This document shows positions 19,017-29,109 of a stretch of DNA of 64,000 bases, one piece after another. The stretch is from the NCBI GenBank assembly GCA_963805085.1, contig CAWDTA010000002.1:1664001-1728000 (forward strand), in the 5' to 3' direction. The first letter of the stretch is position 1; each line of letters starts with the position of its first letter. This stretch comes from an uncultured Veillonellaceae bacterium. GTDB taxonomy: Bacteria > Bacillota > Negativicutes > JARBTT01. A model generated the notes under the pieces. It saw nothing but the letters and a program-made list of their open reading frames with translations, made no database searches and had not been told where the DNA came from. The position numbers and the translations under genes are program-made.

Positions 19017-21827
19017 GTGATAAAAGTGCGTGATATGAAGGATAAGCATGAGAAAGTAATGGAGAATTTAGTTCCCGTTGTATTTAGATATATAGCAGAG
19101 CAAGTGATTGAGGCTATTCTCGTATTTGATGTTCGCGGTAAAGTGATGTATGCGAATCATGCGGCTTCTAATGTTTATGGTCATTCCGCAGATGAATTTC
19201 AAAGCTTCAGTATTCACGATTTATATTCTCCTAAAGACAGGCATCGTATTGATGAACACATGAAAGCAGCGGAGCAAAAGATTGCTCTACATAAAGTTAC
19301 TCACGTAGGGCGAGATGGAAAGAGCTTTCCGGTGGAAATAAGTTTTTGTAGTGCTAGTTTTGGGAAAGATGAAGTGCTGATCAGCATTATCCAAGCGCTT
19401 CATGGGGAAAAGAAAGAGACGCTAATAACAGGGTATGAAAATCAAAACCAGTTACTACATGAAGAACTTTTGGCCGCCTATGAGGAACTTACCGCCTCGG
19501 AAGAAGAACTAAGGCAGCAATTTGACGAATTATTGGTGAAAGAAGAAAAAATTTATCGTCAAAATACGTTGCTAAATCTGCTACATGATACAGCTAAAGG
19601 TCTCATGGCTGACCTTGATCATGAAGATGTATTTAAAAAAATTATTTATGGAATTAGAGAGCTTTTCGATACGCCTAATAGTTTCGTATATTATGTAAAT
19701 GAAGAGACAAGGATATATACGTTAAAAATAGGAACGGGTGTTTTTAGTAAACTTCCGAGAGAGGGAGAAATTACCAAAGGAATTATTGGACAGGCGTATA
19801 GAACAGGGAAGGCGGCTGTTGTTGATAACTATAGTAGCTGGTCACGTCGCTTAACCAATCCGATATTTGACGAATTACATTATTTTGTCCTAGTTCCGTT
19901 AAAAAACAGAGATAAAATGATTGGTGCAATCGGACTTGCCTTTTCCGAGTCGGATAGGATTCTTGATGTAGAAGAATTTTTTTTGTTAGAACGATTCGTT
20001 GATCTTGCAGCGCTTGCTTTGAGTAATGCTTTATTGGTAGCTTCTTTACATAACGAAATTAAAGAACATAAACAGGCCGAGCAGGTGCGACAACAACAGG
20101 AAGAAGTATTAATAGCCAGCAGAAATAAGCTATCTTTGGCGGCAGGGCTAGCTAACCTAGGACCGTGGGAGTATAACCCTGAGACGGAACTTTATGAATT
20201 CGGCGATGAGTTTTACGCTGTCTATGGTACGGACGTAGCGAGGGAAGGGTGTTTTATGTCTTTGGACACCTATGTCAGAGAGTTCGTACATCCGGAAGAT
20301 GCTTGGATGTTTAAAAAAGAAAAAAATTTTCTTTTGGCTGAGGAAGGATTCAGTGCTAGTGATATGGGACATCGGATCATTCGGCGGGACAGTGAGGTAC
20401 GCACCGTTATTGTACGCCGAAGTGCTGTTAGAAATGCCAAGGGAAAGATTATAAAGACATTTGGAACAAACCAGGATGTTACTGAGCGGGTGCAGGTAGA
20501 GGAAGAGCGGCGGAAACAGGCTGAAACCATCAAGCATATGGCTTACTTTGATTCATTGACGGGTCTTGCAAATCGACATCATTTAAATGAATGGTTAAAT
20601 AACGAAATGGAACGGGCGCGTGCTGGAAAAGCGTCGGGCGTTATTCTATTTATTGATTTAGATGATCTAAATATGGTTAACGATACGTATGGTCACTCTT
20701 ATGGTGATAAGATTATTAGTGCGGCCGGAGCCAGAGTCGTCGATGGTGCAGGTGAAAAAGCCTTTGTGGCGCGAATTGACGGGGATGAGTTTGTCGTAAT
20801 CTTATCCGGACAGTATGACCGGGGGCAAATCGAAAAAATTGCCAATAGAATAAGTAAAGAACTAGGGAAAAAGCAGGAAATCCTCGGAAGACGCTTCCAT
20901 ATGACAGCAAGTATCGGTATTGCTTCTTATCCTACCGATGGCGATACAACGGAAGAAATAATTAAAAATGCCGATAATGCAATGTATGCAGCCAAAAGAG
21001 ACAACAAGAATTGCTGGCGCTTCTATACCGAGGCAATGCAGACAGAGGCATATAAAAAAATACAGCTGACTGGTAGCTTACGATATGCGCTGGAGCGGGG
21101 TGAGCTTTCAATTGTATATCAGCCGCAGATACATACCAACGAAAAAACTGTGATTGGATTTGAGGCGCTTTTGCGTTGGAACAGCGTTGAATATGGGGCT
21201 GTGTCACCCATGCATTTTATTCCACTCGCTGAGCAATACGGTCTTATTCACAGCATTGGGCAATGGGTTCTACGTGAGGCTTGCCAATTTGCCCGGCGTT
21301 TGGCCGACAAAGGCTGGAGCGGAGTGCATATCGCGGTGAATATATCGTCGAAACAAATAGCCTCGGATGATTTTATCGCCGTTGTCCGCAGTGCTGTTGA
21401 TGAGGCTGGCATCCAGCCAGAGCAGCTTGAACTTGAAATTACCGAGAGTTCATTGATGACGTCAATTGAGGATGCTACGAGTAAGCTTGTCCAACTGAAA
21501 GAGTTTGGGGTACATCTATCATTAGACGATTTTGGTACAGGTTTTTCGTCCTTGACCTATTTGCGCAGATTGCCGGTTGAGTCGCTTAAAATTGACAAAT
21601 CTTTTATCGATATGATAACAACTGATGCCCAAGGAGCGAAAATTATCGGCTCCATTATAAATATGGCGCACACGATTCATATGAACGTTGTCGCTGAAGG
21701 GGTGGAAAATGAGTTGCAATTGAAATACTTGGCTGATAATGGCTGTGATCTTATCCAAGGCTATCTATACAGTCGCCCAGTACCGGAAGCTGAGGCGATG
21801 AAGTTCCTATCTGGTAAGGCTTGCTGA
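19017..21827 (+). CDS. PAS-GAF-PAS-GGDEF-EAL signalling protein
   Basis: YFDSLTGLANR; degenerate RIDGDEF; intact EAL domain motifs (FEALLRW, ELEITES, DDFGTGFSS, KIDKSF, EGVE). Confidence 0.93.
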   Translation: MIKVRDMKDKHEKVMENLVPVVFRYIAEQVIEAILVFDVRGKVMYANHAASNVYGHSADEFQSFSIHDLYSPKDRHRIDEHMKAAEQKIALHKVTHVGRDGKSFPVEISFCSASFGKDEVLISIIQALHGEKKETLITGYENQNQLLHEELLAAYEELTASEEELRQQFDELLVKEEKIYRQNTLLNLLHDTAKGLMADLDHEDVFKKIIYGIRELFDTPNSFVYYVNEETRIYTLKIGTGVFSKLPREGEITKGIIGQAYRTGKAAVVDNYSSWSRRLTNPIFDELHYFVLVPLKNRDKMIGAIGLAFSESDRILDVEEFFLLERFVDLAALALSNALLVASLHNEIKEHKQAEQVRQQQEEVLIASRNKLSLAAGLANLGPWEYNPETELYEFGDEFYAVYGTDVAREGCFMSLDTYVREFVHPEDAWMFKKEKNFLLAEEGFSASDMGHRIIRRDSEVRTVIVRRSAVRNAKGKIIKTFGTNQDVTERVQVEEERRKQAETIKHMAYFDSLTGLANRHHLNEWLNNEMERARAGKASGVILFIDLDDLNMVNDTYGHSYGDKIISAAGARVVDGAGEKAFVARIDGDEFVVILSGQYDRGQIEKIANRISKELGKKQEILGRRFHMTASIGIASYPTDGDTTEEIIKNADNAMYAAKRDNKNCWRFYTEAMQTEAYKKIQLTGSLRYALERGELSIVYQPQIHTNEKTVIGFEALLRWNSVEYGAVSPMHFIPLAEQYGLIHSIGQWVLREACQFARRLADKGWSGVHIAVNISSKQIASDDFIAVVRSAVDEAGIQPEQLELEITESSLMTSIEDATSKLVQLKEFGVHLSLDDFGTGFSSLTYLRRLPVESLKIDKSFIDMITTDAQGAKIIGSIINMAHTIHMNVVAEGVENELQLKYLADNGCDLIQGYLYSRPVPEAEAMKFLSGKAC

Positions 21828-21840
21828 GTGATTAAAATAT

Positions 21841-21887
21841 AAACCGCTTTGGGTAGTAGAAACTTACCTTGAGCGGTTTTTTATTTA
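21841..21887 (+). terminator. Intrinsic terminator
   Basis: AAACCGCT...AGCGGTTTTTTATTT. Confidence 0.75.
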
Positions 21888-21959
21888 TAATGAGTAGGGA
21901 TCTTTACAAGTAGAACGTTTTTGCTGAAAATCAAGATCAAAAGACTTTTCGATGCATTG

Positions 21960-21998
21960 TTAAGAAAATGTTAACATTTTCTTAACGTACTCTTTACT
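21960..21998 (+). promoter_or_regulatory. Putative Pho boxes (PhoP/PhoB-type direct repeats)
   Basis: TTAAGA-5-TTAACA-5-TTAACG-5-TTTACT at an 11-bp period upstream of a secreted phosphatase. Bases 21960-21985 also form a perfect 26-bp palindrome. Confidence 0.65.
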
Positions 21999-22067
21999 TA
22001 ATGGAGCTAAAATTAGAATAGATAGGTTAAGTCAATTTGGCTAAACACTAAGTAGGGGGAAATACTG

Positions 22068-23786
22068 ATGAAAAATAAAGGTTTGCTTGATTTGTTTGCT
22101 GAAAAGGATAAGGACGTTAGCCGTAGGCTTTTTCTTAAAAGTTGTGGAGCTTCTATCGTACTCGCAGGAATGCCGTTTAATTTAACTGAAATTTTTGCTG
22201 CTAGTAGTATAGCGGCAAGCCATGTTACATTGACTTGGGGGCTTGATCCTAAAACTACCCAAACAATTGCATGGTCTACAGATACCAGTATAACCAAAGG
22301 TACCATTCAAGCTGTAAAAACAAAAAAATTCCGCAAGAGTGGTTGGGAGCACGCACAGGCTTTAGATACAGAATTAGAACTATTTAATACCAATAAAGGC
22401 GATTTTAATATTCATTTTGCAACCCTCGAAGGTTTAACATCAGGGACGCAGTATACATATCGGGTAGGTAGCGAAAATAGCTGGAGCGATCCTGAGACTT
22501 TTACAACAGAGCATGATGGCGATAAGGCCTTTAAGTTCTTAGTGTTTGGTGATTCACAAAGTGGTTTGCCGAAAAATCCAGAATATGGTCCATGGCGCAC
22601 GACCATTCATAACGCATATGCTGCCAATCAGGATGCCGCTTTCTTTATGAATGTTGGTGACTTAGTTGAAATTGGACAAGATCAGGCACATTGGAAAAAC
22701 TGGTACGAAGCAGCACAAGATGTAATAGAAAAAATCCCCAATATGGCTGTGCCAGGAAATCATGAAACCTATGATGTACCTGAAGAAAATCATTCGGTGC
22801 TACCGATTAACTTTAAAAAACAGTTACGCTTACCGAAAAACGGTCCAGAGGCCTTAAAGGGGCAAGCGTATTCCTTTGATTATGGAAATACGCATTTTGC
22901 AATACTTGACAGCCAGGAACAAGAAGAAGGTCAGTACGTTCCTAATATGCTAGCACTTGAGGCAGAATGGCTTGACAAAGATTTGTCAGCAACAAATAAA
23001 AAATGGAAGATTGTCCTATTCCATAAAACTCCATACTATAATAAAGCCTTTCGTTCCAATGAAAAATTAAAAGCCGTACTAACCCAAATTATGGATAAGC
23101 ATCATGTTGATTTAGTTATCAATGGTCATGATCATGGCTATTCAAGAACATATCCTATTTATCAAGATTCATTTGTTAGCACGCCAGACCAAGGAACCAT
23201 CTACCTTGTTGCGGGTAGAAGTGGAAATAAATTTTATACTGACTTATCAGCCAAAGTTTGGGATGCCTTTTTCCACGACCCTCAGGCCGAACCTAATTAT
23301 ATCGCAATTGAGGTCGCGGGAGATGTATTGACGATTCGAGCTTATATGCAAGGCGGAAGTTTAATTGATACCTATAGTATTGATAAATTAAATAAAACTG
23401 ACGTGCCTCGTACGATTCTACCAGAAAAGTCTAATGATACGCGTCTGGTTATCTGGGGCAATATGTTGCAAAATCCTCTTGTCAATTTGCCACCACAAGA
23501 AATATCCGGGGTTTGGCATTTGCCACTACGCAGTTTTGTAGAATTTATTGGCGGTGAAGTTACCGCCGATCGTAACGGAAATGTCATTACAAAATATAAA
23601 TCGACTGAAATCAGCTTTACCTTAGGTGAAAAACAGGCAGTGAATAATAATGCTCCTATTACATTAGCATATCCGCTACTCCTCACCAAAGGTACTGCTA
23701 TGATTTCCACTGATGATGTGAAGACTTTGTGGGATTTCCATTCTCGCTTCGATCAAAATACCAATATGTTGATGCTAGCAAAATAG
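22068..23786 (+). CDS. Tat-exported purple-acid-phosphatase-like metallophosphoesterase with FN3 and C-terminal copper-amine-oxidase-N-like domains
   Basis: SRRLFLK twin-Arg signal; FGDSQ, GDLV, PGNHE, NGHDH; C-terminal LPLRSFVEFIGGEV. Confidence 0.88.
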   Translation: MKNKGLLDLFAEKDKDVSRRLFLKSCGASIVLAGMPFNLTEIFAASSIAASHVTLTWGLDPKTTQTIAWSTDTSITKGTIQAVKTKKFRKSGWEHAQALDTELELFNTNKGDFNIHFATLEGLTSGTQYTYRVGSENSWSDPETFTTEHDGDKAFKFLVFGDSQSGLPKNPEYGPWRTTIHNAYAANQDAAFFMNVGDLVEIGQDQAHWKNWYEAAQDVIEKIPNMAVPGNHETYDVPEENHSVLPINFKKQLRLPKNGPEALKGQAYSFDYGNTHFAILDSQEQEEGQYVPNMLALEAEWLDKDLSATNKKWKIVLFHKTPYYNKAFRSNEKLKAVLTQIMDKHHVDLVINGHDHGYSRTYPIYQDSFVSTPDQGTIYLVAGRSGNKFYTDLSAKVWDAFFHDPQAEPNYIAIEVAGDVLTIRAYMQGGSLIDTYSIDKLNKTDVPRTILPEKSNDTRLVIWGNMLQNPLVNLPPQEISGVWHLPLRSFVEFIGGEVTADRNGNVITKYKSTEISFTLGEKQAVNNNAPITLAYPLLLTKGTAMISTDDVKTLWDFHSRFDQNTNMLMLAK

Positions 23787-23816
23787 AATTACATGCATTG
23801 CTCGTTTGAGTGATAC

Positions 23817-23857
23817 AAAATGCCTCAATCCTTATCAAATAGGGATTGAGGCATTTT
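23817..23857 (+). terminator. Intrinsic terminator
   Basis: AAAATGCCTCAATCC...GGATTGAGGCATTTT. Confidence 0.8.
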
Positions 23858-23867
23858 AAAATTCTTA

Positions 23868-23921
23868 TTGACAGTCATTCGATATTTTGTGATAATAGGT
23901 ACATACCGACTGGTAGGTATG
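23868..23921 (+). promoter_or_regulatory. tetR promoter and operator 1
   Basis: TTGACA-17-GATAAT followed by ACATACCGACTGGTAGGTATG (23901-23921). Confidence 0.8.
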
Positions 23922-23933
23922 GTTTCGAGGGGG

Positions 23934-24542
23934 ATGAATTTTGATATGACTATAGATAATATAAGGATCGCTGCTTTGAGGTTATTCTTATTACGTGGAT
24001 ACAGGAACGTATCTCTCGTTGATGTGGGAAAAGAAATAGGCATTACTAAGGGCGGAATATATCACTACTTTTCAAGTAAGGAGGAGTTATTTCATTCCGT
24101 TATTTGCTATTTATTTGATTATTTTGGAGCGAAATACGCCAAAGTATTTGATCAGGAGAAAAGTTTTCGACGTGTTTTAGAGGTTATGATAGGCGGCGAA
24201 CAAGATGGTTATATTGAACGTTTACTTAATATGAGACAGGGGGATTATCAAGCCAATAATGCAGGCTTAGCGTTAGAGATCATGCATAATTTTCCAGAGA
24301 TCCAAGAGCGGATTGATCGCAGTCAATTAGAACTACGAAATATAGTGGAGAAAAAGATACAGATCGCCCAAGAAACAGGGGAAATTAGGCGAGATTTAGA
24401 GGCTCAGATTCTGGCTACTATTGTACTTTCTATTTCAAGTGGACTGAAGGTTTTAGGGCACAATCTGAATACCAAAGCGATGCAGCAGCAGGTAATAAAC
24501 AGTCTCTGGCAACTTATTGGGGGCAATACCCCAAAGGAATAA
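23934..24542 (+). CDS. TetR/AcrR family regulator
   Basis: HTH GYRNVSLVDVGKEIGITKGGIYHYFSSKEELF. The start is placed after the RBS GAGGGGG (23934 or 23946) because the ORF-track start lies in the promoter. Confidence 0.88.
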   Translation: MNFDMTIDNIRIAALRLFLLRGYRNVSLVDVGKEIGITKGGIYHYFSSKEELFHSVICYLFDYFGAKYAKVFDQEKSFRRVLEVMIGGEQDGYIERLLNMRQGDYQANNAGLALEIMHNFPEIQERIDRSQLELRNIVEKKIQIAQETGEIRRDLEAQILATIVLSISSGLKVLGHNLNTKAMQQQVINSLWQLIGGNTPKE

Positions 24543-24561
24543 CTCTATTCCTTTGAGAATC

Positions 24562-24582
24562 ACATACCGACTGGTAGGTATG
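24562..24582 (+). promoter_or_regulatory. TetR operator 2, upstream of the efflux genes
   Basis: Identical 21-mer ACATACCGACTGGTAGGTATG. Confidence 0.8.
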
Positions 24583-24625
24583 TAAAAATATAAGATAGTA
24601 TAAATTTGTTGAGGAGGTTTTTGCA

Positions 24626-25723
24626 ATGAAAGGTTTTAAAGTGAAATATTGGGCCATCCCAGTTGTAGTATTTATTGGATTATTTTTAGTATTTCGCAGC
24701 GGTGCACTTTCCAGTGGAAAAAACCAGTTGCAAACCACTAATTCTCAAATAAACGTAAAAGTAGCAGAAGCACAGCTTTTAAATACGGTACCGAATTTAA
24801 TGTTGAATGGCTCGATTGAAGGGAAAACATCGGCGATTATTAGTGCAAAGCTGGCGGGGCGTATTGAACAAGTCCTAGTGCAAGAAGGACAGCACGTCAA
24901 TACCGGTGATTCTTTAGCTAAATTAGAAAGCGCAGAGCTTGTAAATTCTGTGCGTACTGCGCGAGATGCCGTGACTAAAGCACAGGTCAATTATGATTTA
25001 GCATTGAGTGACTATCAGCGTTATCAGACACTATATAACCAAGGAGCTACATCTCGGCAAACCTTAGATACTGCTGAAGCAAAAAAAAGAACTGCCCAAG
25101 CAGAATTGTCAAGTGCAGTTACGAGTCAAAGTAACGCGGAGCAACAGTATGGTTATGGCGTCCTTGTAGCACCAGTGGACGGTGTGGTTGCTAACGTAAC
25201 AGCAACTGTTGGCCAAGTTGTTTCTCCTGGTGCGGCCCTCATGGCTGTTCAGGACATTAGCCAAGTATATGTAGTTGTTAATATTGAACAAAAGGATTTG
25301 TCTCTAGTCAAAATTGGTCAGAAAGCGGAAGTGACAGTTGATACCTATGCCAACAAAGTATTTGCTGGGATTGTTGAGCTGATTAATCCGGAAGCGGGTA
25401 CAGCTAACCGGATGTTCCGTACTAAGGTAAAAATCGATAATACAGATGGTGCTTTAAAAGCAGGTATGTTTAGTAAAGTACAGTTAGCTACAGGTGATGC
25501 TGTACAGCGTTTGAAAATTCCTCAAGAGGCAGTTATTCAGAAACAAGGTATTTACTATGTCTTTACTGTTGAAGATGATAAAGCGGTGCGTCATCAGGTC
25601 GAGATTGGTACTGCTACAGGTGAGGTCATTGAGATTAAATCGGGGTTGCAACCAGGTGAAAAGGTAGTTGTCAGCAATGTCAGCCAACTTAAAGATGGTG
25701 ATTCATTGAAAGTAGTGGAATAG
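24626..25723 (+). CDS. RND efflux periplasmic adaptor (MFP)
   Basis: N-terminal TM, lipoyl halves (GRIEQVLVQEGQHV; APVDGVV), GLQPGEKVV. Confidence 0.92.
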   Translation: MKGFKVKYWAIPVVVFIGLFLVFRSGALSSGKNQLQTTNSQINVKVAEAQLLNTVPNLMLNGSIEGKTSAIISAKLAGRIEQVLVQEGQHVNTGDSLAKLESAELVNSVRTARDAVTKAQVNYDLALSDYQRYQTLYNQGATSRQTLDTAEAKKRTAQAELSSAVTSQSNAEQQYGYGVLVAPVDGVVANVTATVGQVVSPGAALMAVQDISQVYVVVNIEQKDLSLVKIGQKAEVTVDTYANKVFAGIVELINPEAGTANRMFRTKVKIDNTDGALKAGMFSKVQLATGDAVQRLKIPQEAVIQKQGIYYVFTVEDDKAVRHQVEIGTATGEVIEIKSGLQPGEKVVVSNVSQLKDGDSLKVVE

Positions 25724-25734
25724 GGGAGATAACC

Positions 25735-28700
25735 ATGATATTGACAGAGATTAGTTTAAAGCGTCCAGTATTTGCCACAGTGACAATTCTGGCCTTGGTC
25801 GTTTTAGGATTATTTAGTTATGTGTCTCTAAACGTAGATGAATATCCGAATGTTGAAATCCCAGTTGTGTCCGTTACCGTTAAGTATCCTGGCGCATCGC
25901 CAGAGCAGGTTGAATCGAAAATCACCCAGAAAGTTGAAGAAACAATCAGTGTTGTTCCAGGAATTGATCATGTAACGTCCACTGTAAAAGAAGGGGTATC
26001 CACGACGGTTATTCAGTTTACCATAGAAACGTCAGCGGCAACTGCTGCACAAGATGTTCGCGACAAAGTTGGTAGAATGCAAGGCATATTACCTGATGAT
26101 GCAGAGCTTCCTATTGTTACTCGATTTGATCCCTCTGATACAGCCGTGGCTTCTATTGCATTGATTGGTAATAGAAGCCCACGAGAGCTAACGATTATTG
26201 CCGATGATACTGTTGTGAAAAGGCTCGAAGCAATCAATGGAGTAGCGGCGGTCAATGTCCAAGGTGGGGTAGATCGTGAAATCAAAATCAATATGGATAG
26301 TGATAAAATAGCTGCTTATGATCTGACAGTTACTGAAGTGCTAAACAGTATACGAAATGAAAATATGGACACTCCAGGTGGCAAGGTGACTGACGGAAAA
26401 CGTGAAACTAGTTTACGATCAATTGGCAATGTTTCCTCGCCGAATCAGTTCCTTAATCTTCCCATTGCCCAGCGAAATGGAGCTCAGCTGTATGTAAAAA
26501 ATATTGCTGAAGTAGAGGACACAACCAAAGATCCAACTACTGTAACAAAACTGAATGATAAAACGGCTATTGGTCTAGACATTATGAAACAGTCGGGTAG
26601 CAATACAGTACAGGTTGTTGAAAATGCAAAAAAGGAACTAGAAAATATCAAAAAAGAGTTACCTCCTGGTGTGGAGCTCATCATGGTGCGGGACAATTCA
26701 AAAAGTATTAATGATTCAATTCACGACGTATTATTTAATTTGGTTCTAGGTGGTTTCTTGGCAGTTGCCATCGTGTTATTATTTTTGGGTAATTGGCGTA
26801 GTACAATGATTGCCGCCATTGCCATCCCAACTTCGATTATTACTTCATTTCTAGCGATGAAAATTTTAAATTATACGTTAAATACCATGTCATTACTAGC
26901 TTTATCCTTGGCAGTAGGGCTTTTGATTGATGATGCGATTGTTGTCATCGAGAATATAGTGCGCCACCTTGAGATGGGTAAAGATAAAGATAAGGCTGCT
27001 TCTGAAGGGACAGAGGAGATTGGCTTAGCTGTTACCGCAACAACCCTCACGTTGGTGGCTGTATTTTTGCCAGTGGGAATGATGACAGGGATTGTAGGAC
27101 AATTTTTCAAACAATTCGGTGTTACGGTGGCAGTCAGTGTTTTAGTATCCTTATTTGTTGCCTTTACATTGACGCCTATGCTATCGGCAAAGTATTTAAC
27201 TGGCAGCCATACGCAATCAGGCACTAAGTTAGCAAAAATATGGGGAAGATGGAACGAAAAATTTGAATATTGGACAGGCCGTTATGGAGGGTTCCTTAGA
27301 TACGCCTTAGAACATCGGAAGAAAGTAATGGCCATGTCGGTTGGATTATTTGTAGGCAGTTTACTACTTCTCCCTTTCCTCGGCTCGACTTTTGTCCCGG
27401 ATTCTGATGCTGGGGAAATTACAGTATCGGCCATCGTTGATGCCGGTAAAAGTCCACAAGCGGTTGGTGAAATCGCGGATAATATGTCCCAGATTATCCG
27501 CACGATCCCAGAAGTTACGTTGACCTATAGTTCTGCGGATATAAACAATATTACGATCTTGACCAAATTAACGCCAAAGAGCGAACGTAAGATTAGTGAT
27601 AATCAAATTATTACAAACCTTCGCGAAAAATTAGGTGGAATTGCTGGAACACAAGTTAGTGTTTCGAAAAAATCAGGCATGTCAGGTGGCAAGCCAATAT
27701 CTCTTGTGATTCAGGGAACGTCTTTGGACACATTGGCTGAAATTGCTGAGCAGGTAGAGCAACTGATGAAGAGCACACCTGGTGCAATTGATGTTTCTTC
27801 TAGTTATGAAGCTGGCAAGCCTGATGGTCAAATCGTGGTTAACCGAGATAAGGCTTCGGATCTTGGCGTATCGACTTCCAATATTGCCAGTACTTTGCAA
27901 ACTATGTTTAACGGAACAATTGTAACACAGTATCGCGATGAAGATGACTCCTATGATGTGCGCCTTATTTTAGCACCTGGCGACCGCACGAGCTTAGCAG
28001 ATGTAAATAATATATATGTAGCAAGTTCTAATCGTGATAAAAATGGGCAAGCGGCCATGGTGCCTCTGTCACAGGTAACTCAAATGGTCTATGCCACAAG
28101 CCCAACGCAAATTATGCGTTATGATCGTCAGGAGCAAGTCACTATTTCGGCAAATCTAAGTGGGGTATCTCTTGGCGATTTCAATACAGTATTCAACAAA
28201 AAATTAGCAGAAGTGAAACTGCCTGAGGGATATAAATTTGTCTCTACAGGTCAAACGCAGCAAATGGCTGATGCTTTTACAGGTATCTTAATGGCGCTGG
28301 CGTTGGCAGTGATGTTTATTTTCTTTGTACTTGCCGCCCAATTTGAAAGCTATATTGACCCATTTGCCATTATGTTGGCGTTACCTTTGGCGATTATTGG
28401 CGCAATACTTGGACTGCTCTTTGCCCATAGCATGCTCAGTATGATGTCTTTAATTGGGATTATTATGCTCATGGGCCTTGTAACGAAAAATGCTATTTTA
28501 CTGATTGACTTTGCTAAGCAACGTATTGAGCAAGGCACAGAGCGCAATCAAGCATTGATTGAAGCCGCTGTTGTCAGGATGCGTCCGATTATCATGACAA
28601 CAACAGCTATGATCTTTGGGATGCTTCCGTTAGCATTAGGAATTGGACCTGGAGCGGAAGCACGGGCTCCTATGGCTCATGCGATTATTGGCGGATTGAT

Positions 28701-28815
28701 TACTTCAACAATTTTAACGTTAGTAGTGGTCCCGGTTGTGTATACCTTACTTGATGATTTAAGGCAAAGAAAAGTAGATAAGCAGTTACAGAAATCGTTC
28801 ATTAAAAAGGATTAG
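25735..28815 (+). CDS. RND efflux permease (AcrB/SwrC family)
   Basis: RPVFATV, GASPEQVE, GLLIDDAIVVIENI, KNAILL, RMRPIIMTT; 1026 aa. Confidence 0.95.
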   Translation: MILTEISLKRPVFATVTILALVVLGLFSYVSLNVDEYPNVEIPVVSVTVKYPGASPEQVESKITQKVEETISVVPGIDHVTSTVKEGVSTTVIQFTIETSAATAAQDVRDKVGRMQGILPDDAELPIVTRFDPSDTAVASIALIGNRSPRELTIIADDTVVKRLEAINGVAAVNVQGGVDREIKINMDSDKIAAYDLTVTEVLNSIRNENMDTPGGKVTDGKRETSLRSIGNVSSPNQFLNLPIAQRNGAQLYVKNIAEVEDTTKDPTTVTKLNDKTAIGLDIMKQSGSNTVQVVENAKKELENIKKELPPGVELIMVRDNSKSINDSIHDVLFNLVLGGFLAVAIVLLFLGNWRSTMIAAIAIPTSIITSFLAMKILNYTLNTMSLLALSLAVGLLIDDAIVVIENIVRHLEMGKDKDKAASEGTEEIGLAVTATTLTLVAVFLPVGMMTGIVGQFFKQFGVTVAVSVLVSLFVAFTLTPMLSAKYLTGSHTQSGTKLAKIWGRWNEKFEYWTGRYGGFLRYALEHRKKVMAMSVGLFVGSLLLLPFLGSTFVPDSDAGEITVSAIVDAGKSPQAVGEIADNMSQIIRTIPEVTLTYSSADINNITILTKLTPKSERKISDNQIITNLREKLGGIAGTQVSVSKKSGMSGGKPISLVIQGTSLDTLAEIAEQVEQLMKSTPGAIDVSSSYEAGKPDGQIVVNRDKASDLGVSTSNIASTLQTMFNGTIVTQYRDEDDSYDVRLILAPGDRTSLADVNNIYVASSNRDKNGQAAMVPLSQVTQMVYATSPTQIMRYDRQEQVTISANLSGVSLGDFNTVFNKKLAEVKLPEGYKFVSTGQTQQMADAFTGILMALALAVMFIFFVLAAQFESYIDPFAIMLALPLAIIGAILGLLFAHSMLSMMSLIGIIMLMGLVTKNAILLIDFAKQRIEQGTERNQALIEAAVVRMRPIIMTTTAMIFGMLPLALGIGPGAEARAPMAHAIIGGLITSTILTLVVVPVVYTLLDDLRQRKVDKQLQKSFIKKD

Positions 28816-28865
28816 TAGAATAAGTAAGTATGTTTAAGTGAGGCCGTAGAAATACGGTCTCATTT

Positions 28866-29109
28866 CAATCTGTAGACAAACTAAAATATTTGTGTCGATG
28901 ATTTAGAAAATATCTAAATCCGTTCCACTTATAAACTAGTACGAAGATAGGCTGCCGGTTGGTGAGAAGTACTCAGATGCTAGGCACAGTAAGGAGCTCT
29001 GAAGGAGTCGTACTTTTGTACGTCGACGAGCAGTACCTTGCTGTAACGAAGCAGATGAGTGCTTATCGCCGACCCGCGGCCTGTCTGTCCATAGTTTGTC
29101 TACAAGCTG
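28866..29109. mobile_element. 244-bp non-autonomous element (MITE, IS1182-like ends) inserted in the RND terminator
   Basis: Terminal inverted repeats CAATCTGTAGACAAACTA / TAGTTTGTCTACAAGCTG. Flanking 30-bp direct repeats AAGTGAGGCCGTAGAAATACGGTCTCA(T/C)TT at 28836-28865 and 29110-29139 are themselves a terminator hairpin. No ORF. Confidence 0.8.
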
